Positions 9,213-19,355 of a stretch of 64,000 nt of DNA are shown in pieces (positions within the stretch are counted from its first letter, which is position 1; each line of letters begins with the position of its first letter). The position numbers and the translations under genes are program-made. This stretch comes from a virus. Lineage: Duplodnaviria > Caudoviricetes. A model generated the notes under the pieces. The model was not told the DNA's origin, searched no databases, and saw nothing but the letters and a program-made list of their open reading frames with translations. The stretch spans positions 31 to 64,030 of IMG/VR virus record IMGVR_UViG_3300043499_000058. One strand, written 5' to 3'.

Positions 9213-9763
9213 GCCGCCAACTGCTCGGTGCATGGGTCGCAGTATAGAGCGTCCATCTCAACCTCCATCACCTGCACCCGTTCGGCACGGATCAACTCGA
9301 TCAGTTTGTCAGCCACGGCTCGAAGCGCATGGCCACGTGTCGGGCCGGTCATGTCACCGTAGCCTGGCAGAGCCTCAGCGTTGCTCATGAGCGCGTCGTA
9401 GATCACCTGCCGGATGTCCTCGACCGGCACATGGATCGTCCGCTTGGCCGTTCCCTGCCAGCCGTCGAACGCCTGGAACACCTGCCGTCCGAGACGGCCA
9501 ACCTCGTTGCTGACCTCGTTGAAGTGAACCATGTCCTTCGGGTTTTCACCCAGGGACAGCCAGTAGGCCCACGCCGACTCATGCCGGATCAGAACGTTGA
9601 CGTAGGACTCGAACGCGCGGGCCTCCATCGACGCCGGGTCGATGTCCATGCCGAACTCACGCATCCGGTCGATGAACTTGCGGGTCAGCCTTGTCAGCTT
9701 GATCTCAGGGATCTCAAAGGCGGGCTTGCTGACAACAACCTTCTGTGCTTTCTTGCGGGCCAT
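9209..9763 (-). CDS. hypothetical protein
   Basis: ORF with TAATG coupling. Confidence 0.7.
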   Translation of the reverse strand: MARKKAQKVVVSKPAFEIPEIKLTRLTRKFIDRMREFGMDIDPASMEARAFESYVNVLIRHESAWAYWLSLGENPKDMVHFNEVSNEVGRLGRQVFQAFDGWQGTAKRTIHVPVEDIRQVIYDALMSNAEALPGYGDMTGPTRGHALRAVADKLIELIRAERVQVMEVEMDALYCDPCTEQLAA

Positions 9764-10113
9764 TACAGTTCCACCCCACAGAGGACACAAAGGCTAGGCG
9801 GGATGACATAGGTGCCGACGCGGATGTCGAACACCGCCAAGTCCTTCAGGATTTCAGTCGCCATGTAGCGGAGGTTCGAGTCTACCGCTTCCTTGGGGAT
9901 CGGCGCGTGCTGGCCGGTGGACGCGACGTAGATTTCACCCGTCACGCCCCGGCGAAGCTCGGCCACCATGCTCTTGATCAACCCCTTGGTTTTGTCATCC
10001 TGAACCTCGATGGCGGCGTCGGCAAGCTCGCCCCGTACCTCGGCCTCGACCACGGCCATCTCGACGGCCTGAACCGTCTTGGCTGAAAACGCTGGCTTCG
10101 CTGACTTACGCAT
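9763..10113 (-). CDS. hypothetical protein
   Basis: ORF with GGAGG SD. Confidence 0.65.
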   Translation of the reverse strand: MRKSAKPAFSAKTVQAVEMAVVEAEVRGELADAAIEVQDDKTKGLIKSMVAELRRGVTGEIYVASTGQHAPIPKEAVDSNLRYMATEILKDLAVFDIRVGTYVIPPSLCVLCGVEL

Positions 10114-10357
10114 GGACGGCCTCCCGATGAAAAACCTCCACATGGAGATCGATGTCGTTGCGGTCGAAGTCAGGTTCCCGCCCATCACGGATGCGGGTCA
10201 GAAGCTCGTCAGACGGGGTACCCACATATGTCAGGCGGGCACCCGGCCCAACCAAGTTGTGAATCTCACGCACGATGGACGCGAGCGCGGCGGTCTTGCC
10301 TTGCATACTCCGCTTGCTCGATGCGTCCACCACGATTACTAGACGTTCACTTGTCAT
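10106..10357 (-). CDS. hypothetical protein
   Basis: ORF with AAGGAGG SD. Confidence 0.6.
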   Translation of the reverse strand: MTSERLVIVVDASSKRSMQGKTAALASIVREIHNLVGPGARLTYVGTPSDELLTRIRDGREPDFDRNDIDLHVEVFHREAVHA

Positions 10358-10582
10358 AGGTAGTCCTCCTTGTGTTTGTCATGCTCGCCCCAATTGCAGT
10401 CCTGGCAGGCGCGCATGAGATGGGCCGGTGTCGGTGAGTGGAAGTTGAGTCCGTGTTCCTCGATTATGGACATGATGGCATTTGTCAGCGTGGGCACGAA
10501 CACCTTGGGTACCAGCGCCAGGCCGGACTCGTTGCCGACGCGACCGATGACGCGACCGATCCGCGAGTATGCGAGGAAGCCA

Positions 10583-11008
10583 TCAGACCACTTCACCGCG
10601 TAGCTCCCGCAGCTTGCGCCGACTGACATTCGCTGCGCCGTCATCGGCGTACCGTGGAAGCTCGCCGTCCTCGACGGCCTCGATTGCCTCCTCGATCAGC
10701 GATTCCCACACAGACTCGTCCGGGGTGAAAAGCTGGAACCACTGAAGGGGCGAGATGCAGTCAGGCCGAAGCTCGTCGAAGCGAGCGTTAGCTGACAATC
10801 CCTTGGGAGTCATCATCTTGGGTGTAAACGCGGCGGTGAGCTTCGGCCGACCCTTCTTGACCTTGGCCTTCTGCGACACGTAGGTTGTCACCCGACCTGC
10901 GCGCCGACCGCTCGGCTTCTTGCCAGCGGTGGCTTGCCGCGACTTCTCAGCGGTCTGCTCCTTGCGCTCCTTGGCCGTCAGCTTCTTGTCAGGCACCGTG
11001 ACCACCAC
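10583..11008 (-). CDS. hypothetical protein with basic N-terminal half
   Basis: ORF; exact start uncertain. Confidence 0.6.
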   Translation of the reverse strand: MVVTVPDKKLTAKERKEQTAEKSRQATAGKKPSGRRAGRVTTYVSQKAKVKKGRPKLTAAFTPKMMTPKGLSANARFDELRPDCISPLQWFQLFTPDESVWESLIEEAIEAVEDGELPRYADDGAANVSRRKLRELRGEVV

Positions 11009-11237
11009 TCGTCGGCTGGAAGTCCTTGCCCGACTTGGCCTTAGACTTCTTCTTCTTTGTCACGTGACCAGCGCCAGACTCGATGGCGGCGATCATGCGT
11101 TCCCGCTCGCGGGTGGAATCACCGGGACGACTGCGGATATTTGTCATGCGCTCTTGCGGCGTGAGCGTGGCAGTCGCCTCTTGGCGAGCTTCGGCCTCAG
11201 CGCGGCGGTCGGAGCGCGAACGCTTCGAGTGCTTCAT
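10989..11237 (-). CDS. small basic protein
   Basis: AGGAGG SD directly after a promoter. Confidence 0.7.
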   Translation of the reverse strand: MKHSKRSRSDRRAEAEARQEATATLTPQERMTNIRSRPGDSTRERERMIAAIESGAGHVTKKKKSKAKSGKDFQPTSGGHGA

Positions 11238-11269
11238 AGGCTACCTCCTGTTTGTGGACGTGTCCGCCC

Positions 11270-11298
11270 ACCTTATCAGCCCTGGGCTAGTTACGCAA
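11270..11298 (-). promoter_or_regulatory. promoter TTGCGT-N17-TAAGGT
   Basis: near copy of 7684-7712. Confidence 0.7.
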
Positions 11299-11499
11299 GT
11301 CCGCATCCACAGGGCCGAGATCAGGGACGCCTAGGAGATCGAGAACTGCGCGCCAGTGGCGGCACGTCTTACGCCCCGAGTACCCGTCGCAGGTGCAGCC
11401 GCCTTCAGGCCAGTCCGTAGTGACAAAGCCGAGATCGACCGTGTGCCATTCATCCGGCGCGCTTCCGCTTTGAACGAGGAAGTGTGCGCGCCCCACCAT
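11287..11499 (-). CDS. SWIM zinc-finger protein
   Basis: GCTCDGYSGRKTCRH (CxC-x-CxH). Confidence 0.75.
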   Translation of the reverse strand: MVGRAHFLVQSGSAPDEWHTVDLGFVTTDWPEGGCTCDGYSGRKTCRHWRAVLDLLGVPDLGPVDADLRN

Positions 11500-12406
11500 T
11501 GCGATTGTCTCCACTAGGTGGTTGACTGACAAGGCGCTCGCTGACAGGTCGCTCTTTCGACTTCTGGATCGTAAGGATTTCAGGACGACAGAACCAGGCG
11601 AAGGGACACTCTTGGAACTGGACGGTGCGCGTGCTTGTGCAATCCGGGGCCGGGATTTCCTCATTTGTCACGTACCTCCGTAGTTCGTGCATTCGGCGCT
11701 TCACCTTCGCGCGGTGCTGCTTGACAATCAGCGCATCCTCATGGAGCGCCAAGGGCGATCCACTCTGCGTAGGCCCGCCCTTGCTTTCACCGATGAGCAG
11801 ACACGTCTCGATTTTCACTCCGAGAACTTCGCCCATGAAAGACTCGAAAGCGCAAACCTTGTTGACAATCTCTGCGTAGCCAACGATCTGCACCTTGTAC
11901 CCGAGCTTAGTTCCCCACTTCTCATGATCCTGAAAAGCCTTGACGTTCATGCCCTTGAAGTCCACCACATACAGCACGCCGTCGATCTCCACGATGGCAT
12001 CGATGGTGCCCGCGAAATCTCCGCTCGGGTGAAAAACTCTGATCTCGCAACCATGCAGGATCAGTAGACCGGCGCGGTGTGCCTTCCAGAGAGCAAACTG
12101 CCACTTGTAGTGCCTGAAATCTCCGTCAAGGAAGTAGCCATTGGTTCGCGGCGACTTCGCGCGGCGCTTCTCCTGACCCGTCTTGGCAAAGTATGCTTGC
12201 CGGACACAGGATGACAACATGGACGGACTGAAAACACCCTTCTCGCGCTTACGACCGCGAGCGATCATGAGGTTCATCATGAACTCACGATCAGCCTCGT
12301 CCTCTACGTCAAGTTGCTCCTCTAGCGTCTCCTCCAAAATCGGGACGAGGATACCCCGCGCTCGGCGGCGCTCAAGGATTCGCTTTTCAGTTGCCGTCCT
12401 AGCCAC
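11450..12406 (-). CDS. Cas4-like PD-(D/E)xK exonuclease
   Basis: SPSMLSSC.RQ, GTIDA, VVDFK, Q...Y, C-terminal C..CPF...C. Confidence 0.85.
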   Translation of the reverse strand: MARTATEKRILERRRARGILVPILEETLEEQLDVEDEADREFMMNLMIARGRKREKGVFSPSMLSSCVRQAYFAKTGQEKRRAKSPRTNGYFLDGDFRHYKWQFALWKAHRAGLLILHGCEIRVFHPSGDFAGTIDAIVEIDGVLYVVDFKGMNVKAFQDHEKWGTKLGYKVQIVGYAEIVNKVCAFESFMGEVLGVKIETCLLIGESKGGPTQSGSPLALHEDALIVKQHRAKVKRRMHELRRYVTNEEIPAPDCTSTRTVQFQECPFAWFCRPEILTIQKSKERPVSERLVSQPPSGDNRNGGARTLPRSKRKRAG

Positions 12407-12531
12407 GTTTGTCCAGACAAAAACCAGGGCCGTGTCTATACCCACCGCCAAAGGCACCGACAGCCGGGATCACCTGAGCGTCATCGACATCGTGGGGACT
12501 CTGACACCTAGGGCAAGTCAAAATCTGCGCG

Positions 12532-12924
12532 TCATTTGTCACGTCGAAGCCTCTCGATCTCGGCGCGCATGAGGCCCATTTGCTTGACAATCTCCTCATG
12601 ATCTTGTAGTCGCATGACAAAGAGATGTGTCGGCCGACCACCCTCGAAGTCGATCTGCATGGCAGGTAGTTGGCCCGGTGGTGTACCGAATGCGTCCTTT
12701 GTCAGCTTCTCGAACTCGACTTTGGAGAGCGTGTAGCTCGCGCTCTTAGTTGTCCGAGCCTCGACCAAGAACCCGTTGAGGGTGACATCCCGCTTACTCC
12801 ACCACAGCCGACCCGAGTTGACCTGGCGGCGTCCACCCGAACGGCGGGCCAGCCCGGACTCCTGCCGGTCGCTGCGCTGGTTCTCTCGGGCCTCCTCCCA
12901 CGGAGTCGGCGGAACTTCAGCCAT
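12532..12924 (-). CDS. Hjc-like Holliday junction resolvase
   Basis: RRQVNSG....K.DV....LVEARTT...SYTL. Confidence 0.7.
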   Translation of the reverse strand: MAEVPPTPWEEARENQRSDRQESGLARRSGGRRQVNSGRLWWSKRDVTLNGFLVEARTTKSASYTLSKVEFEKLTKDAFGTPPGQLPAMQIDFEGGRPTHLFVMRLQDHEEIVKQMGLMRAEIERLRRDK

Positions 12925-13279
12925 TGTCATCTGGCCTCCGCGTAGCAATTTCAGTTTCAACCTCGGCAAGCTTGTTGCGATGGTATTGAGCAAGCCAACG
13001 AAGATCGTCAAGAGACGACTTTTGAATCGTGCAAGAGGGATGCTGAAGGAACTCAGGCATTGTCAGCATACTTCGGTGGTTGTCCCTAAGCGCCTGAGCC
13101 GGTGTGATCGCCTTACCCACGTGACGCCTTCTCTCGATCAACCATGTGCCGCCAGTCCTGACAAAGTTCTTGCAGCGACTCGACCCCTGGCTGCATGAAC
13201 GTCGGGATGTCAGAGCGTTCAGCCACAATCGCAGCGCCCGCAATGAATGGGTACCACTTCTTGTCGAACTCCTCCAACG

Positions 13280-13498
13280 TCATGTTGTCACCCTGCGCTT
13301 GATCTTCTTGCGCTTCTGCCACTTGATCGCCGTGGCCCCGCTGATCAGCTTCGGCGCGCAACACTCGCCCACGTCAGCGTGGGCCGTGTAGTCAGCGTGC
13401 GTCTTGCGTGTGTTTTCACCGACCGGCGCAAGAAAAAGCTTGGCAACTACTCGCTCGCATGGTTTCTGACAAACATCGCAGGTACTACTCGTCGCCAT
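13280..13498 (-). CDS. small Cys-rich protein
   Basis: CDVC...ECC; start overlaps the displaced recA tail. Confidence 0.6.
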   Translation of the reverse strand: MATSSTCDVCQKPCERVVAKLFLAPVGENTRKTHADYTAHADVGECCAPKLISGATAIKWQKRKKIKRRVTT

Positions 13499-13556
13499 CG
13501 TCCTCGCCCTCCTCGTCGGCTTCCGGCGCGGAGATCGCCTTCGAGTTTTCAGTGAT
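13485..13556 (-). pseudogene. displaced original 3' end of recA
   Basis: translates ITENSKAISAPEADEEGEDDGDE*, aligning with the current RecA tail IQQNSLSISNPESEDDNESD*. Confidence 0.75.
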
Positions 13557-13948
13557 CAAGCCCATGCTGCCTTTCGTGCCAGGGCTTTCTCATTGAAAGG
13601 TTCAACCAACAGGTTGTCAGCGATTTGTTTTTCGATCTCGACAAATCGCTTGCACTTTGTCTGCGAAACAAAATACGGTCGAATTAGCGCGAACGCGGCG
13701 CGAGCTTGGTTGCCACTGACAACCCACTCCCACCTGTCCCGATGACGAATGTTCTTCGACTTCTTCATCGAAATCGAGCCGCCAAACATTTCACGCAATC
13801 GCTGAACAGGCTCAGGCTCACATTGGTTCAACGACAACCGAAGATGCAACGACTGAAATCCATCGCCTCGCACTCGCCCATAGAGAATGCTGACGCACCC
13901 CTCGCCTTCAAAAAAGCCCGCAGCCCAAGCAGCGTCAGTCGCTTTCAT
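13556..13948 (-). mobile_element. free-standing LAGLIDADG homing endonuclease
   Basis: AWAAGFFEGEGCV...FGGSI...WEWVVSG. Confidence 0.9.
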
Positions 13949-15020
13949 TGTCATCCTCACTTTCAGGATTCGATATTGACAAAGAATTCTGTTGGATCGC
14001 CCACACAAGCTCCTCGCGCATCTCGTCGTTGTCACGGAGATGCTTGCGGAACACAGACTCGGTGCCCTTCCACTCCTGGCCGTCCGAGTCCTCGTACGTG
14101 AACGTGTTACCTGACCTGACAATGAGCTTGTCCTCTAGGCCAAGGTGGATGATCTCGTACTCGGCGTCGATCAAGCTGCGCTCGTAGTCGTAGAGGAACA
14201 TCGACTCAAGCTCGGGCCTGGCCGTCTTTTGTTTTTCAGCCCGCACCGCGACCCAATGGCCAACCGGCACATCGACCGTCTGCACCTTGGCTCGCTTGAC
14301 TCGCTTACGTCCCTTTTTCATGCGGTCGAGCTTCTTGAATTCGATCCGCACCGACGCGTAATGCTTGAGCGCCCGACCCCCCGGCGTCGTCGTGCCACCA
14401 TAACCCGACACTTTGTCAATCAGTTGGTTCGTCCAGAGGATCAGGGTGTGGTCATTCTGCGCTGTGATACGTCGCAGCGCGCGAGACATCATCCGTGCCC
14501 GACCAGCGGTACGGTCGTCTCCCTCCTCCACATCCTTTTTCAGTTCCTCTTGTGGAAGCAGAGAGGCCACCGAGTCCACCATGACAACATCGGCGGGGTG
14601 GATGTCCTCCTCGGCATCTGCGATGACAAGAAGCTGCATGATCTTGATGAACTCCTCAGCCGTCTTGGGCCGATGGATCAGAAGCTCACCCAGGTTGCCC
14701 CCTAGATGCTCGAAGTACCGTTCATCGAACGATCCCTCAGAGTCCAAGAGCGCCACCGTTTCTCCACGCTGCTGCGCCCCCACCATTGTCATGCAGGCCA
14801 CGGTAGTCTTGCCGCCGTGGTAGTCACCGAACAGTTCGACGTGTCGGCCCCGAGGGAAACCACCCGCTGTGATCCGGTCGATGACAAGCGAACCGCTCGG
14901 TACGCGCTCGACCTTCCAACGCGGATGGGAAGCCAGTGACAAAACCTGGCTTCCCATCTGTCCGTTGACTCGATCCATGAGCGCCACCGTCCGAGAGCTA
15001 TTACGGCGAGCTTTTTTCAT
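13935..15020 (-). CDS. recA: RecA recombinase
   Basis: GGFPRGRHVELFG..GGKTT, VDSVASL, TPGGRALKHYASVRI. Confidence 0.95.
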   Translation of the reverse strand: MKKARRNSSRTVALMDRVNGQMGSQVLSLASHPRWKVERVPSGSLVIDRITAGGFPRGRHVELFGDYHGGKTTVACMTMVGAQQRGETVALLDSEGSFDERYFEHLGGNLGELLIHRPKTAEEFIKIMQLLVIADAEEDIHPADVVMVDSVASLLPQEELKKDVEEGDDRTAGRARMMSRALRRITAQNDHTLILWTNQLIDKVSGYGGTTTPGGRALKHYASVRIEFKKLDRMKKGRKRVKRAKVQTVDVPVGHWVAVRAEKQKTARPELESMFLYDYERSLIDAEYEIIHLGLEDKLIVRSGNTFTYEDSDGQEWKGTESVFRKHLRDNDEMREELVWAIQQNSLSISNPESEDDNESD

Positions 15021-15313
15021 GCTGACCTATTGACCCTCCTAGCGAGCTTCGCCCGCTTGTTGGACGCGCGCCGTTCGACCTTGACGTGCGCCATCGGACG
15101 CTTGGTAATTCCCCGTTTGTCAGGGATCGATCTGAGGGGCATCCGGCTTCGTGCCATCTGCCTCGCTGCCTGCGCTTTCAGGATGCGGAGAGCGTTCGCC
15201 GCGTTCCGATCCTCGTCCTGCTTCTGACGCCGTTTGAGCGCATCGAAGGTGAACCTCTGTGTGAGGTTGCGTAGGCCACTGAGCGGCCCCCTGCGGCCCT
15301 GCTCGCCCTTCAC
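15017..15313 (-). CDS. small Arg-rich protein
   Basis: coupled ORF. Confidence 0.55.
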   Translation of the reverse strand: MKGEQGRRGPLSGLRNLTQRFTFDALKRRQKQDEDRNAANALRILKAQAARQMARSRMPLRSIPDKRGITKRPMAHVKVERRASNKRAKLARRVNRSA

Positions 15314-15762
15314 AGAGGATCTACCTCATCCTCGTCAGGGACAAGCTCAGGATCGACGGCAGCGCGCTCCGCGACACCCTCCGCGTCCGGCCCATCCACG
15401 ACTCGCTCACCTGGCGCTGCTGCCTCGACCGGCAGACCGGCATCCTTGCGCTCCTCCACACTCGACTGCGGCATGACAAGCCCCTCGGCGTAGGTCGCGT
15501 CATCGATCCCGTACTGCGTCGGGTTGAGGTTGATCTGTACCGCCTGCGGATTGTCACTCGGCCCCGCATAGATGACGGTCGAACTCGCGCTCAACGTGAC
15601 CTTGGCAATTGCCATGCCGACGATCACGTTTTCAGGCATCTCGTAGTCAGGATCGAGGTTGACGATCCGCGCTCCGCTTTCGAGGACGATTGCCCACCCG
15701 TCGCCCTCTGGCTCGACGGCGGTGATCTCCTGACCGTGGTAGAACGTGAGGTTAGGTTCCAT
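15310..15762 (-). CDS. acidic hypothetical protein
   Basis: AAGGAGG SD before ATG 15762. Confidence 0.7.
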   Translation of the reverse strand: MEPNLTFYHGQEITAVEPEGDGWAIVLESGARIVNLDPDYEMPENVIVGMAIAKVTLSASSTVIYAGPSDNPQAVQINLNPTQYGIDDATYAEGLVMPQSSVEERKDAGLPVEAAAPGERVVDGPDAEGVAERAAVDPELVPDEDEVDPL

Positions 15763-15775
15763 TCGCGTGCCTCCT

Positions 15776-16051
15776 TCAGTATTTGTCATTATCCCGCATG
15801 TGGAAGTCGCATGTTGTCACTTGGATCAGGCCGGGAACACCCTTCACCTTTGCGACTGAGTAACGATACTCCATTCGAGCCGGGATGCGACAGTGACAAT
15901 CAAGCGTCCTATCGTTCCGTGTGTGGCGCATCTCTGCCCGGTAGAACTCGTACGTTCCCTGCGACCGCTCCCACCGCAGGAATGCCTCCTCGGGTGTTTC
16001 TTTGTCATCTTCGATTACCTCGGGCATAAGGTCAGCGAAGATGCTTGACAA
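15776..16051 (-). CDS. hypothetical protein
   Basis: ORF following dnaE; start uncertain. Confidence 0.55.
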   Translation of the reverse strand: MSSIFADLMPEVIEDDKETPEEAFLRWERSQGTYEFYRAEMRHTRNDRTLDCHCRIPARMEYRYSVAKVKGVPGLIQVTTCDFHMRDNDKY

Positions 16052-19000
16052 TTACTTACGACTCCGTGCTGCGCGCTTCCGCTTGTGCAGGACGGTGAAC
16101 GCGTTGACCAACCGCTCGTCGTCCACGCCCCACACCTGCGGCTCGCCCTCATAGCTGCCGGTGACATCAAAGAACCTGAACCCGAGCGGGCCATCGGTGT
16201 CAAACGGCTTACGGATAGCACCCTCCATGCAGATTACGCTACCTCGATGTTTGTCAGAGATGAACTTGAGGTAATTGGCCTCCTCGATCTTGTCCTCGTT
16301 CGCCATGATGTGAAAGGCGATCCCGTTTTCATCCACGGCCAAGAGGAGGAACGTTTTGACCCTGGCCCACGGACTCGCCTTCAGCTTCAGTAGCGGGTCG
16401 TTCTTTGTCAGTTTCTCTAGCTCAGGAATCCAAAACATCTTGGAGACACAGGCACGCTGATCGGTGAGTGCCGCCCCGCTATCGTACCCGAGATGCCGCC
16501 ACGTGCCGGTGTCGTTCTGGCGCTTGCGGGTGTGCTTGACCTGACAACCGTCCATCGCCTTCGGCTTGTGGAGCAGGAACCCAAGCAGCTTCAGAAGCTC
16601 CGTATCGTCCTCTGTGCCTTTGATTCCGAAAGCTGAAAATGCACCAACGCTGGCGAGATTGTTGATCGTGGTGCTTTTGACAGCCGTGCTTGACGTTCGC
16701 TCTTTGAGATCGTCAACCGATGAAAAAGGCTGACCAGCAATGATCGCGTTGAGAGCGACCGGCCCGACACCATCGATGGCGGACAGACCGACGCGGATCT
16801 GCTTTGCTTTTTCACCCTTGGAGAAGCCGCCGGTAGAAAGATTGATGGACGGTGTGAGGATCTTGTAGCCGTGCGCTCGCGCATCTGCGATGTACCGTCC
16901 CTTCTCGGGGTAGGTGTCCAACAGCGACACGTAGTAGTTGTGTTCCTTGTGCTTTTTCAGCCACGCCGCTTGCACCGAGAACTTGCCGTAGCTCGTCGCG
17001 TGGCCACGGTTGAAACCGTAGCCCTGGAACGACTCCATGTATTCGTCCCACATGGCCTCAGCCATAGCGGTTGTCATGCCCTCTACATTCTTGCGGGCGC
17101 TCTTGACAAACTTGGGCTTGATCTTGGCGAACGCTTCTGCGGCTCCGCGCCCGACGCCCTTGGCCAGCTTGATCGCGTCCAGAAGCTCCTGCGCCTCGTT
17201 GTGGTCGAAACCGATGGCATACCCAAGATCAAGAATTTGCTCCTGAAAAATCGGCATCCCATAACTGTCACCCAGGACGGCCTCTGCGACGGGATGCGCG
17301 TAGCGCGCTTGTTCCTCGCCCTTGCGCCGCTTGTTGTAGACCTTGTGGTACCCCGGCCTTGTCAGGCTCGGGCGATAGATCGCCACCGTTGCGATGACAC
17401 CATGCACGTCAGTCGGCTCGACCTCGATGCAGCCCTGCCGGTTCGTTTTTCCCTGAAGGGTGAAAATTCCCTCGGTGTCACCAGCCCGGATCATCTCGAA
17501 CGTCTCGGGGTCGTCCAGGGGGATCGACTCAAGATCAAGCGGGTTCATCCCCGACATGGCGAGCGTCTTGGAAACCACCGTCAGCATTTTCAGCCGGAGG
17601 AAGTCACCCTTGTTGAACCCGAACTCAAGCGCCTGCTTGTAGTCGTATTGACTGACAAGCTGGCCGCTCGATGCGATCAGGTATCGGGGCACCCACTCTG
17701 ACAACGGGCGCTCCTTGGTACCGAACACCCATCCGCACGCGTGCTGGCCCACTGACTTGATGTTGTCGAAGATGCCCGACGCAAGCTCGTAGATGTCAGG
17801 GTACTCGTCCTTGAGTGCCGTCCAGACATCCTCCTCCTCATCAACGAGGCCCGAGTCGATCATCTGCGGCAAGAGGCCCGCGATCTCGTCTACCGTCTCT
17901 TTGTCAAGCCCGAGAGATTCCGCGACCATGCGGAACGTGCTGCGGTTGGCCAGCGTTCCGTAGTTGCAGAGCAGCGCGATCTGTCCCTCGCCCTCGCGCT
18001 CCGCAACGTAGTCCTTGACGTACTGCATGAAATCTTCGTAACGGTCGTACTGGATGTCGATGTCGATGTCAGGAAGTTTCTTGCGCTCGGGGTTCACGAA
18101 CCGCTCGAATGTCAGCTTGTATTCGAGCGAGTCGATGTTGTGGATTCGCAAGCAGTAGCAGAGCAGCGAGTTTGCCGCCGAACCTCGGGTATTTGTCAGG
18201 ATGCCTTCGCGCCGAGCTTGCGCGATGAAGTCAGACATCATGAGCAGGTAATCGAGGAAGTCACCCATCGCTCGAAGCTCATGCTCGATCCGCTCGCGCG
18301 CTACGTCGCCATGTTTCCTGACAAGTTGCTTCAGACGGGGCTTGATTCTGCGACGTACTTCACTAATGAGATCGGTGTAGCCAGAGTCGGGGATTGAATA
18401 GCTGAAATTGTCAAGCGGATCGAGTCGAATGTCCGACTCGGCAACAATGTCCAGCACGTTGTCACATGCCCCATTTGCGAACTCCGTCCTTTCCTCTAGC
18501 ACTTCCATCGATTGCATGAAATTCCGCCAGTAAATGTAGCCCGACACCGCGTCCATCTTTTCACCCTGGGCTTCCTCCTTGGCCCACCGATTCATCTTCG
18601 TCGCAAGCATTGCGATGTGGGCCTTGCGTTGCTCCATGCTCTGATAGTGCGAATCGTTTGTCAGGACGGTAGGAGTACCCGTCGCCTCAGCCGCCTGCGC
18701 CAGAACCGCCCCCACCAACTGCTGACGTGTGACCATCTCCTCATAGCGGTCGAACCCCTTTCCAATGAACTTGTCATGGTAATGGTTTTGTAGCTCGACA
18801 TAGAAGTTCGGCCAAACCGTTTTCATGGACTCGACATAAGCGACCGCAGCCGTCAACGCCGAACCATTCAACGCAGCAATTGTCTGACAAAGCTCGCCGC
18901 CCAAGCAACCACTCAGCACGACGTTGTGGTGCAGGCCGTACGGTGCGTGGTCGATCATCGCCTCGATGGAGATGCGGGGCTTGTCATAGAAGTTCTCGCG

Positions 19001-19354
19001 TTGCATGGAGAGAGTCTGCCACGTGACGAGATTGTGGTACCCCTCTTTTGTCAACGCAAGAACGGTCAGGTGTCGAGCCGTATCGTACCTGAACTCTTTT
19101 TCACGCACGCCGAAGATTTCATCGGGCACCACGTAGAACTCGCACCCGAGGATCGGCTTGATCTTGGCCGCTCGCGCAGCCTGGTAGAAGGACGGGGCGC
19201 TACCCATCCAACCATGTTCGGTCAGACAGGCAGCGCCCCACCCTAGCTCGACAGCACGCGCGACGACGCTCTTTGGACTCCCGAACCCGTCCAGAACCGA
19301 GAACGTGGAGTGACAATGAAGGTCAGGGGCGTTTCGGCGGGCTGTCTTTCGCAT
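16052..19354 (-). CDS. dnaE: DNA polymerase III alpha subunit (family C)
   Basis: PHP HCHS..S.LDG, RGSAANSL, PDIDID, YGFNRGHA; no intein. Confidence 0.97.
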   Translation of the reverse strand: MRKTARRNAPDLHCHSTFSVLDGFGSPKSVVARAVELGWGAACLTEHGWMGSAPSFYQAARAAKIKPILGCEFYVVPDEIFGVREKEFRYDTARHLTVLALTKEGYHNLVTWQTLSMQRENFYDKPRISIEAMIDHAPYGLHHNVVLSGCLGGELCQTIAALNGSALTAAVAYVESMKTVWPNFYVELQNHYHDKFIGKGFDRYEEMVTRQQLVGAVLAQAAEATGTPTVLTNDSHYQSMEQRKAHIAMLATKMNRWAKEEAQGEKMDAVSGYIYWRNFMQSMEVLEERTEFANGACDNVLDIVAESDIRLDPLDNFSYSIPDSGYTDLISEVRRRIKPRLKQLVRKHGDVARERIEHELRAMGDFLDYLLMMSDFIAQARREGILTNTRGSAANSLLCYCLRIHNIDSLEYKLTFERFVNPERKKLPDIDIDIQYDRYEDFMQYVKDYVAEREGEGQIALLCNYGTLANRSTFRMVAESLGLDKETVDEIAGLLPQMIDSGLVDEEEDVWTALKDEYPDIYELASGIFDNIKSVGQHACGWVFGTKERPLSEWVPRYLIASSGQLVSQYDYKQALEFGFNKGDFLRLKMLTVVSKTLAMSGMNPLDLESIPLDDPETFEMIRAGDTEGIFTLQGKTNRQGCIEVEPTDVHGVIATVAIYRPSLTRPGYHKVYNKRRKGEEQARYAHPVAEAVLGDSYGMPIFQEQILDLGYAIGFDHNEAQELLDAIKLAKGVGRGAAEAFAKIKPKFVKSARKNVEGMTTAMAEAMWDEYMESFQGYGFNRGHATSYGKFSVQAAWLKKHKEHNYYVSLLDTYPEKGRYIADARAHGYKILTPSINLSTGGFSKGEKAKQIRVGLSAIDGVGPVALNAIIAGQPFSSVDDLKERTSSTAVKSTTINNLASVGAFSAFGIKGTEDDTELLKLLGFLLHKPKAMDGCQVKHTRKRQNDTGTWRHLGYDSGAALTDQRACVSKMFWIPELEKLTKNDPLLKLKASPWARVKTFLLLAVDENGIAFHIMANEDKIEEANYLKFISDKHRGSVICMEGAIRKPFDTDGPLGFRFFDVTGSYEGEPQVWGVDDERLVNAFTVLHKRKRAARSRK

Positions 19355-19355
19355 G

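Noticed and set aside
11450-12406. Cas4-like gene as part of a CRISPR system
   Set aside because: No repeat-spacer array or other cas genes were seen; solo Cas4-like nucleases are common in phage recombination modules
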